This document shows positions 32,005-43,901 of a DNA stretch of 64,000 bases, piece by piece (position 1 is the first letter of the stretch; every line of letters starts with the position of its first letter). This DNA comes from Neocallimastix sp. 'constans' (lineage: Eukaryota): the NCBI GenBank assembly GCA_050613775.1, contig JBODTK010000144.1, positions 1 through 64,000 on the forward strand, given 5' to 3'. The notes beneath the pieces were generated by a model. The model had not been told where the DNA came from, made no database searches, and saw only the letters and a list, made by a program, of their open reading frames with translations. The position numbers and the translations under genes are program-made.

Positions 32005-32943
32005 TTTTTTATTTTTTAAATTAAAATTTAAAAAAAAAAAAAAAAAAAAAATTATTGGGTATGAAAAAGAATTATAAAAATTTCATAAATTTTTATAAAA
32101 ATGTAAAAAAAATACAAATTTTATACAAATTATAATAATTGTATTAATATCGGGAGAGTTGCATTTCCCCAAATTGCATTTCACCAAGTTGCATTTCGAC
32201 AAGTGGAGTATTGATATAAATAAATGAATAAATAAATAAATATTAATTCAAAATAATTTTTTTTAAAAATTGTTTATGTTATTTTTTATTAAAAGTTTAT
32301 TTATAAATTTTATAAATAGGTAATTACAATGGGGGAAGTTGCATTACGCCAATTTTTTCACGTGATATATACAAATTTGTGGCTATAGCTATATTATACT
32401 ACATAATATTATTTTATTGTATTATTTTGTTATTTCAATTTTTAAATAAATTATTAAGTGAATAATTAAATAAATCATATAATGGTTAGATTTTTTGATT
32501 TTAATTCTTTTTTTTAATAATAATTCTTTTATTTAAATGTTATTAAAAATATAAATATTATTAATTATTTTACTTAAATGTTATTAATAAAAAAAACACA
32601 TAAAAATATAAATGTTATTAATAATAATTCTTTTATTTAAATGTTATTAAAAATATAAATATTATTAATTATTTTACTTAAATGTTATTAATAAAAAAAA
32701 ACACATAAAAATATAAATGTTATTAAAAATATAAATTTTATTAATAATAATTCTTTTCTTTTAAAAATTATTAAGCGAAATAATAATTATAATGATAAAA
32801 CTATAAATTATACATTGTATTTGAATATTTATTAAAATTGTATAAATTTAATATGCTTTATAAATTAAATTATTGAATGACAGAATTCTGATTATTTCAT
32901 TTGGTCATTCCTCATTTCTTAATTATTTATTATAAAGTAATAT

Positions 32944-34369
32944 TTATATTATATTATTTAAATTAGTTAAACAATCAAACCACAAATTAATAATTTTTTT
33001 TCTATCACATTTAGCATCAATTAACTTGGCTTCAATACTTTTGAAGCGTTCAATTAAGACACTGATTTCATTAGCTTTATTTATTGCTCTTTTTTTTATT
33101 TTCCAAATTCCTCTTATTTTTCTTTGATAATCATAATATGATAAATGTTCAAGTTCATTTAATTTATCTATCAATTCATAAAAAGATGGTTTTGTTGGAA
33201 ATAAATTATTTAAATAATTATTGAGTGATTCTGAGGCATTGTTTGTTATATGTTCTATATTATTATAATAATTCCAAATTTTCATATCATAATCAATTAA
33301 ATATGTTTTATAAAAATATTCTAAAAATTTTAAAAATTGACAATAATTATTTTTAATGGATTTAATTTTAATTATAACATAAATATCAAATATATATTCA
33401 GGATTTATAAATGGTAAATTTGAAATAGCTTTATAATAAATAAATATATTATTATTATTTTTTACTTCATTATAGCATAATTTATTTTTTTTAATTTCTA
33501 GTGATTTTTTATAATGCCAAATGCAATATTTAATATTTGTATTAGGAAATATTGTTTTTGCTGCTTTAGATATGGCCCTTTCAAAATCACAATGCAAATT
33601 TTTTGGTTCAATTCTAATATTATTGTTACATGTATTAGCATTTTTTTTTCAATTTTTCAAATAACATTTTATATGTTTCTTGTTCTTTATTTTTTAATAT
33701 TGCAAAAGAAGTAGTGAAAAAACTATTTAATTCTTTAGCATAAGTTCTTGTAATAAATACTTGATAACTAAATTTAGGGGCAATAAAAAATGTACCATCA
33801 ACAAATATATCATCATTATATTCCCTAAATAATTTTGCTTGAAAAGGGGATTGAAAAATTATTAAATTAGAATTTTTGAATATCATAAAATTTTCACCTC
33901 GCTTTGTTTTATAATATTCAGATTCACTTGGAATTTCAGCAAATGTTGTTACATTGGATGGTAGTTTTTTATTTAAATTTCTTGATATTTGGGATTTAAT
34001 TGAATTATATTCTGGACATATAAGTCCCATTTCTTTAGAAATTTTATTATATAGGGGTTTTATTTTTATACCAAAAGGAATTGAACTTTTTTCAATTCCA
34101 TCTTTAATTTTATGTTTCATTATAGATAGGGATACATCGTATTCATTTTCAGGATGATTATGTAAAATATTATACTTTAAAATTTCTTTCTTATCATTTA
34201 AAATAATAAAAGATTTACATTTATTTATTTTTTTATATTCTGTACATTTATACAGTTTGGAATTATCTTTTCTTTTATATGAAAAATTAAATTTATATTT
34301 TTTATTAATAATAATTTGTTCTTTTCCTTTGTTGGATTCACTTATATCAATAATTAAATTTTCTTCCAT
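32944..34369 (-). mobile_element. MULE (Mutator-like) transposase, one frameshift in an A-run near 33640
   Basis: N-terminal FLYWCH-like YKC..C..H.H; DDE motifs FVDGTF, CDFERA, CIWH, TNNASESLN. Confidence 0.88.
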
Positions 34370-34819
34370 TTCTATATTTTTATAAATATTTTTTAATTAT
34401 ATAATTATAATTATTATATTAATTATCCAATATTATTCGTAATATTAATTTTGAAAAATAGTTTTTCAATTATTTGTAAAATAAATAAATAAATAAATAA
34501 AGAATGTAATAATATAAGTACAAGTATATAAAATAAAATAAATATTAAATGTAATATTATAAAAGTACAAGTATATATAATAAAATAAATATTTATTATT
34601 TTTTTTATTAAAGAATATTAAAGACAATTTATTTTTAAAAATAAAATGTTTTATTTAATTATATATGTTAGAAAGCAAAAAATCATTTATATTTAATGAG
34701 ATTATTAACTACCAATAATATTAAACTACATCATTAATTGAATATAATAAAAATGTAAAAAATTTTCATTTCGAAAACATTGATCTTTAATATTCTCTAA
34801 TAGAAATTAATAATAGATA

Positions 34820-37290
34820 TTTATTTTATTTTATTTTATTTTATTTTATTTTATTCAATCTGTACTTTATTTTTAATATTCTACTATTTATTTTATTTTA
34901 TTTTATTTTATTTTATTTTTATTAATACTTTATTCTTTTATATTACTTCATTATTTATTTTATTTTATTTTATTTTATTTTATTTTATTTTATTTTATTT
35001 TATTTTATTTTATTTTATTTTATTTTATTTTATTTTATTTTATTTTATTTTATTTTATTTTATTTATTTTATTTTATTTTATTCAATCTGTACTTTATAT
35101 TTAATATTCTACTATTTATTTTATTTTATTTTATTTTATTTTATTTTATTTTTATTAATACTTTATTCTTTTATATTACTTCACTATTTATTTTATTTTA
35201 TTTAATTTTATTTTATTTTATTTTATTTTATTTTATTTTATTTTATTTTATTCAATCTGTACTTTATATTTAATATTCTACTATTTATTTTATTTTATTT
35301 TATTTTATTTTATTTTATTTTATTTTATTTTATTTTTATTAATACTTTATTCTTTTATATTACTTCACTATTTATTTTATTTTATTTAATTTTATTTTAT
35401 TTTATTTTATTTTATTCAATCTGTACTTTATATTTAATATTCTACTATTTATTTTATTTTATTTTATTTTATTTTATTTTTATTAATACTTTATTCTTTT
35501 ATATTACTTCACTATTTATTTTATTTTATTTTATTTTATTTTATTTTATTTTATTTTATTTTATTTTATTTTATTTTATTTTATTTTATTTTATTTTATT
35601 TTATTTTATTTTATTTTATTTTATTTTATTTTATTTTATTTTATTTTATTTTATTTTATTTTATTTTATTTTATTTTATTTTATTTTATTTTATTTTATT
35701 TTATTTTATTTTATTTTATTTTATTTTATTTTATTTTATTTTATTTTATTTTATTTTATTTTATTTTATTTTATTTTATTTTATTTTATTTTATTTTATT
35801 TTATTTTATTTTATTTTATTTTATTTATTTTATTTTATTTTATTCAATCTGTACTTTATATTTAATATTCTACTATTTATTTTATTTTATTTTATTTTAT
35901 TTTATTTATTTTATTTTATTTTATTCAATCTGTACTTTATATTTAATATTCTACTATTTATTTTATTTTATTTTATTTATTTTATTTTATTTTATTCAAT
36001 CTGTACTTTATATTTAATATTCTACTATTTATTTTATTTTATTTTATTTTATTTTATTTTATTTTATTTTTATTAATACTTTATTCTTTTATATTACTTC
36101 ATTATTTATTTTATTTTATTTTATTTTATTTTATTTTATTTTATTTTATTTTATTTTATTTTATTTTATTTTATTTTATTTTATTTTATTTTATTTTATT
36201 TTATTTTATTTTATTTTATTTTATTTTATTTTATTTTATTTTATTTTATTCAATCTGTAATTTATATTCACATTCTACTATTTATTTTATTTTATTTTAT
36301 TAAATACGTACTTTATATTCATATTCTACTATTTATTTTATTTTATTTTATTAAATACGTACTTTATATTCATATTCTACTATTTATTTTATTTTATTTT
36401 ATTAAATATGTACTTTATATTCACATTCTACTATTTATTTTATTTTATTTTATTAAATACGTACTTTATATTCATATTCTACTATTTATTTTATTTTATT
36501 TTATTCAATCTGTACTTTATATTTAATATTCTACTATTTATTTTAATTTATTTTATTTTATTTTATTTTATTTTATTTTATTTTATTTTATTTTATTTTA
36601 TTTTATTTTATTTTATTTAATTTTATTTAATTTTATTTTATTTTATTTTATTTTATTTATTTTATTTTATTTTATTCAATCTGTACTTTATATTTAATAT
36701 TCTACTATTTATTTTATTTTATTTTATTTTATTTTATTTTATTTTATTTTATTTTATTTTATTTTATTTATTTTATTTTATTTTATTCAATCTGTACTTT
36801 ATATTTAATATTCTACTATTTATTTTATTTTATTTTATTTTATTTTATTTTATTTTATTTTATTTTATTTTATTTTATTTTATTTTATTTTATTTTATTT
36901 TATTTTATTTTATTTTATTTTATTTTTATTAATACTTTATTCTTTTATATTACTTCATTATTTATTTTATTTTATTTTATTTTATTTTATTTTATTTTAT
37001 TTTATTTTATTTTATTTTATTCAATCTGTAATTTATATTCACATTCTACTATTTATTTTATTTTATTTTATTAAATACGTACTTTATATTCATATTCTAC
37101 TATTTATTTTATTTTATTTTATTAAATATGTACTTTATATTCATATTCTACTATTTATTTTATTTTATTTTATTAAATATGTACTTTATATTCATATTCT
37201 ACTATTTATTTTATTTTATTTTATTAAATATGTACTTTATATTCATATTCTACTATTTATTTTGTTTTATTTTATTTTATATATTTTTAT
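34820..37290. repeat. Composite (TTTTA)n satellite array with units A, B and variant C
   Basis: Same units as 14.7-17.4 kb plus TTAAATA(C/T)GTACTTTATATTCATATTCTACTA. Confidence 0.95.
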
Positions 37291-37300
37291 TATTATATTC

Positions 37301-37534
37301 TGTTAACTTTATTAATATAAAGTTATATTCTAGCTTAGGTTTAATAAAATATTAAATTAAATTATATTAAATACATTGTAATTATAAATTAAATACAAAT
37401 TAATATGTATCTAGAACAAGCCACAATTAAATATAAATACATGTAATTTTCTCTGTACTTTAAATCTTTGTTAACCATTTATTTATATTCTATAAATAAT
37501 AAATTTATATTAATTAATAAAACAAATTTTAATA
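37301..37534 (+). repeat. 5' LTR (234 bp, TGTTAA...TTAATA)
   Basis: Matches 43698-43901 apart from a 30-bp indel and about 2 substitutions. Confidence 0.93.
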
Positions 37535-37548
37535 GATTAAGAGTCTCA
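37535..37548 (+). promoter_or_regulatory. Primer-binding site complementary to tRNA-Lys(CUU) anticodon arm
   Basis: GATTAAGAGTCTCA directly follows the LTR; reverse complement TGAGACTCTTAATC corresponds to positions 27-40 of a eukaryotic tRNA-Lys(CTT), recalled sequence. Confidence 0.75.
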
Positions 37549-38949
37549 AGCAACCGAAAATGTTTGACAGCGCTGAATGTTTCGTTTACAAGGGTTCCAA
37601 CTTCAAAATGTGGAAAAAGCTACTCATTAACATTTTGAAAGCCAAAGATCTCTCTGATTACGCCACAACCAATATTTTCAATGAAGCCGATAGAGACCAT
37701 GAAAACTTTGGGGAAATTGATAAAAACAACTCAAAGGTTGTTGCTATTATCATCAAGTCTGTGGATGAATCAATTTATCAAGATATTGAGGATTTAGAAT
37801 CTGCCTTTGATATGATCAAGAAACTGGAAGAGATTAACCAAGAGGCAGATGAACTAAATGTAGAAAAATTAATAAAGAAACTGAAAATTATGAAGCCTCG
37901 AAACTATATGGAAGTTTTAATATGTTTATCTGACATGTTAAACACTTTTAACAAACTTAAAACCGCCAATTACGATATGAGTGAAAATGACAAGATCCAA
38001 TATATGTTCAAGGCGCTACCAAAGGAATTACAAATTGCTTTCCTGCCTGAACCTGGTAAAACAGCTGAAGAATATTATGATCTCATCAAATCAAGAAATA
38101 TATTTATTAGATGCATGAATGAACAAAAAATAATCAAGCCACAAATTAACCATAATAATCGTAACAATTATAATAACTACAATGATCCCATGGATTTAGA
38201 CCTAGTATTTAACAGAAATAACAGGTATAAAAGCCACAGACAAAATAATTCTCAACGAAGAATTCCAAATAAATACTGCCATATTTGTAACCAACGTGGT
38301 CATTTACCAAGTGAATGCCATTACAACGGGAGAACAAACGGAACCATGGATCAAACTAAATTTAATAATAATAATAATAATAACTATAATAACAGATTTA
38401 ATAACAATAATTATAATAATAATAAATATAATAACAATTATGATAAAAATAATAATAAAAATTATAAAAATAATAATAAAAATTATAATAAAAATTATAA
38501 AAATCGTAATAATTATATTAATAACATTGAAAATAACAATTTACCTGTTGATTATGATGATGACATAAATTATGAAAATTTAAGTCACATGATTAACAAT
38601 AGTCTTGATAGTGTTGAATTTTTAAATAACTTAAATAAATCTACTCATAACCTTAATAATAGATTTAATAACAATAATTATAATAATAATAAATATAATA
38701 ACAATTATGATAAAAATAATAATAAAAATTATAAAAATAATAATAAAAATTATAATAAAAATTATAAAAATCGTAATAATTATATTAATAACATTGAAAA
38801 TAACAATTTACCTGTTGATTATGATGATGACATAAATTATGAAAATTTAAGTCACATGATTAACAATAGTCTTGATAGTGTTGAATTTTTAAATAACTTA
38901 AATAAATCTACTCATAACCTTAATAATTATAAAAATGATAAAAATAAAA

Positions 38950-39545
38950 CATAGACTTGCACATATGGGTACCCATCTCCCATATGGCCATACAGTTATT
39001 AATTAACTGTAAGGTGATGAGTTATTGGCATACCGTATCAGCTTCGCCGCTCTCAATCGTCGTTACGCACTGCCCGGAGATGCATTCCTAACGTTCCTAC
39101 ATATATCTCTAATGACCACGAGCATCAGAACGGAACCATTAACTCCTCCCTAGTGGGTGTAATCATTGGCGATTGGAAATTTTACAATCATCAAGGTCTA
39201 TGCTTCAATTCAAAGCGTAGTATCAGGGATGGGTGAAATAATCATTTGAGGGAAAGCCTTATGGACATCACGTGTGGTCTCATGATATCCCAGGATAGAA
39301 ACCTCATCCGATTATTTGGTGCCATGCCGAGGATTCGAACCCCGCCCTCTACAGTGACCTGTATCGTCCTAACCGACTGGACCAACATGGCATATATTAT
39401 TTATTATATCTTCTTTATTTTACTTACATTCACTACTCCCACCTCTTAATGCTTATAGATATATCATATTCTATAGTATAAAACTATTATTATTATTATA
39501 ATAACTTTAATTCTATACTACTAATTTATTCCACAAGCATAAGAG
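38950..39545 (-). mobile_element. tRNA-derived SINE family 2, copy a, with 154-bp 5' extension, inserted in Copia gag-pol
   Basis: 38950-39391 is ~98% identical (inverted) to 46705-47146; TSD ATGATAAAAATAAA at 38935-38948 and 39546-39559. Confidence 0.9.
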
Positions 39546-41450
39546 ATGATAAAAATAAATTAAATAAAAATTTTAATAATAATCTTAATAATTATGAAAA
39601 TAAAAATAATAATTTACATAAAGAACTTAATAATGATATAAATTACACTAATAATACTAATTATATTAATAATTATGATAACAATAACAATTGCCCTACT
39701 AATGACAACAACGAATCAACTTGGATCTATGATTCTGGTGCAATTGTTCATATTACTAATGACCGAAGTTTATTAACTAACTTTAAAAAATACAAAATTA
39801 ATTTAACATGTGCCAACAATTCTGAAATGGAATTCGAGGGATTTGGTACATACAAAGGCTCAATTAACGGTTATGACATTACTTTAAGTAAAGTATTTTA
39901 TTCTAGGCACGCAAACAAAAATTTAATTAGTGGTATACAATTTGCCTACACTGAACTAATATCAATTACTAAACTTATTAACAATGAGCCACATCTTATC
40001 ATTACGGATAATGATAATAATATTATTAATACTTATAGGTCAATTGATGGAAGAAACACATTTAGAATCAAAATAAACAATAAATATAATAACTTAATTA
40101 TGAACACCGATAATGATAATCTTTGGCATAGAAGACTTGGTCACTTCTATCACAAAGATTTATCAAAATTTATAAAGGAACACACCACAAGTCATAATAA
40201 CAATGACAATAATTGTATTACTTGTGGAATAGCTAAAATGAAAAGGTTACCTCACAACAGGGTAACTCCTAAAGCTACCAAGTTATTAGATGTTATCCAC
40301 TCCGACATTGTTGGTCCTTTCCCGGATTCATTTTTTGGTTTTAAATTCATCATTACTTTCATTGATGAATTCTCTAGGAAAGCCTGGATCTTTACTATGA
40401 AAAGAAAATCAGATGCCATCGATATTATTATTAATTTTTTCAAATATTTAAATAATCTTTTTCCAAATTATAAAATTACTAATTTCAAATCGGACCAAGG
40501 CAAAGAATACTGTAGTAGAAGAGTCAACAAATTCTGTAAAAAGAATGGTATTAGAAAACTCTATTCTCTTCCAAGAAATCCTCAAAATAATGGAATTGCT
40601 GAACGATTTAATCAAACCATTCTTTATTCCCTAAAATGTTTATTAAGCTGGAGTAAACTCAACATTAAATTTTGGGATTTTGCTATACGTTATTCAAAAT
40701 ATCTTTATAATCTTACTCCTCATTCAGGAATAAATAATCAAATTCCCAATGAAGTATTTTATGGTACTCCAATTCATGTTAATCATATTAAAGTTTTTGG
40801 ATGCATCGCTTATTATAAGGATTTCTCTCCCAAGAAAGGAAAATTAGATCCTAACGCCAAAAAAGGTTTTTTCTTAGGTTTCAGTAATGATTCAAATTCT
40901 TATTTAATTATGGACTATAATAATTTTTCTCTACATCAAGTAAGAGAAGTATTATTTCAAGAAGACACCCCTGCCTGCATTACTAAAGATATTACAAAAA
41001 GAATTTCGCCTTATGTTAAAGACAATAATAATAAATTAAATTTATGCTTAAATTTATCTTTTATCAACAAATTATTAAGCAATTATACAAATAATAATAT
41101 ACATAATAATAATAATATCAACAACAATTATGACAATAATGACGATAATTATTTTATTCCTGACAATAATAATACCATTAATATTCCTGATAATCCACCT
41201 AATATTATTAATATTCATAATAATATTCATAATAATGATATTCATAATAATAATTATAATAATAATTCTCCTGATGATTATAATGTTAATAATAATAACT
41301 TTAACAATAATTTAAATATTGATAATTATAATATTTCAGATCAAAATAATAATAATAATTTTTCATATCAAAATAATGAAAAATTTTTAATTAATAAAAA
41401 TTTGTCAAAAAATGAACAAATTTTAAATAATAATAATTTCAATAATAATT

Positions 41451-41587
<137 letters not shown>

Positions 41588-43688
41588 TTAATATACCATA
41601 AAAATTTTTCAAATAATTTTATTAATTCTAATAACAACAATCTTATTGACTCAAAAAATCAATACAATGGTAAAAAATTTTCTGATACAATAAATTCTGA
41701 ATTTAATCAAAATTTAGAAAATTTTAATCAAAATACAAATACCAATACAATAACCAATGAAAAATTTTAAAACACCAAAAATTTTTCTAATCCAAATTAT
41801 ATACAAAATTCTAATAATAAAAAATTTTTAATTAATGAAAATTTTAATTCAAAAAATGATCAAAATTTTATTAATAAAAATTTTTTATCAGAAGAAGATA
41901 AAAATAATAATAATATTAATAATTTTATTAATAATAATTCAAATAATAATAACATAAATATTTATAGAAATAATAAAAGAAAATCCAAATTTTCCAATAA
42001 TAATATTATTAAACACTTCAAACCTAATATTAATAATAATAATATTGATATTTACAATAATAATAATAATCATAATAATATTATTTCTTATAATAATAAT
42101 CCTAATAATTTTAATTACAACAATGATAATTTAATTAATACTATTGAAACTGAAAATGAAGAAGTTCCGAAAACCTATCAAAAAGCTCTCAATTGTGATC
42201 ATGCCGATGAATGGGATATTGCTATCCAAGAAGAACTCAAAAATTTATATGATAATAATACAATGACTTTTGTTAAAAAATTACCAAGAGGAAAACAACC
42301 AATTTCTACAAGATGGGTTTTTGCAATTAAAAAGGATGCAAATAATAAAATTATTAAAAGAAAGGCCAGACTTGTTGCAAGAGGTTTTGCTCAAAGATAC
42401 GGTATCGATTATGAACTTACATATAGTCCGACATTAAACGTTGATTGTATAAAATTACTTCTCGCTTTTGCTGCTCAATTTCAATGGACTGTTTATCAAT
42501 TAGATTTTAAATCTGCCTATCTAAACGCCGCCTTAGACAAAGAAATTTACACCGAAATTCCTTACGGCGATGAAAACTACGGTAAAGGCTATTGGATTCT
42601 AAATAAGGCATTGTACGGCCTTAAACAATCAGGCCGCCAGTGGAATAAAACCATTACAAAATTTTTAACCGAAAACAAATTTCATCAATCCACCACTGAT
42701 CCATGTGTTTTCTTTAAAAAGCAGAAGGAAGAACTAACTTGTATTATAGGACTTTATGTTGATGATATGCTAATTATAGGTGAAAATTTCGAAATTGTTA
42801 GAATTGTTTCAAGAATTAAAGATAACTTTAAGGTATCAAAATGTGGATTTGCTGACTTCATATTAGGAATCAAAATAGAAAGAGAAAATAATGATATTTA
42901 TATCTCACAAGAAACATTCATTGATAATCTATTAAATAAATATAGTATAAATAATAAAAAGAAAATAAAATCACCATGTTCAGTAAATGAAAATAATGAA
43001 GATAATGAACCTGTTGACAAAATAAAATTCAAAAGTATTATCGGATCCTTAATTTATCTTGCAAGATGCACACTTCCAGACATTGCATTTGCTGTTAACT
43101 TTGCCGCTAAAAAAATCAGAAAATCCAACTCAAGCCGATTGGAAAAAAGCTATTAAAATATTAAAATACTTAAATGGAACAAAACATTATAAAATAAGAT
43201 ATGACGGTAAAGGTAAAATAAATGCACATACAGATTCAGATTTTGCCGGTGATCCAAATGATAGAAAATCTACTTCAGGACACATTATCTTAATGGGTAC
43301 AAATCCTATTTCATGGTATTCTAAAAAACAAACAACTGTCGCAACGTCTACTGCCGAAGCTGAATATTTAAGTACTACAGAATGTATTAAGAAAGTATTA
43401 CAAATTAAAAATCTACTTTATGAATTATTTGGAGAAACTGAAACTATAGACATATACACGGATAACGAAGCAAGCAAAAGTAGCATTGAAGCAGGTCATT
43501 TAAATCCAAAGCTTAGACATATTAGTGTTAGCTACCATTTCAACAATGAAAATATATTAAATAAAAATGTTCAACTAAAATATATTAGTACAAATGATAT
43601 GCTGGCCGATCCATTAACCAAAAACCTTAATGGAAACAAAATAACTAATTTTACAAATAAAATTTTTATAAAATAAAAAATTTAATTT

Positions 43689-43697
43689 GAGGGGGAG
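43689..43697 (+). promoter_or_regulatory. Polypurine tract
   Basis: GAGGGGGAG immediately before the 3' LTR TG. Confidence 0.9.
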
Positions 43698-43901
43698 TGT
43701 TAACTTTATTGATATAAAGTTATATTCTAGCTTAGGTTTAATAAAATATTAAATTAAATTATATTAAATACATTGTAATTATAAATTAAATATAAATTAA
43801 TATGTATCTAGAACAAGCCACAATTAAATATAAATACATGTAATTTTCTCTGTACTTTAAATCTTTGTTAACCATTATAATTAATAAAACAAATTTTAAT
43901 A
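43698..43901 (+). repeat. 3' LTR (204 bp)
   Basis: Direct repeat of the 5' LTR, followed by TSD TATTC. Confidence 0.93.

Noticed and set aside
32510..32760. ~107-bp tandem duplication downstream of the MULE ORF
   Set aside because: Real but ordinary AT-rich internal repeat with no functional signal.
33630..33650. Programmed frameshift in MULE transposase (and in Copia near 43110)
   Set aside because: Both shifts sit in A homopolymers, where slippage or sequencing error is the simpler explanation.
41768..41770. Programmed stop readthrough in Copia pol
   Set aside because: TAA lies in the Asn-rich linker with no readthrough context, and the element has other disabling lesions; simple mutation is more likely.
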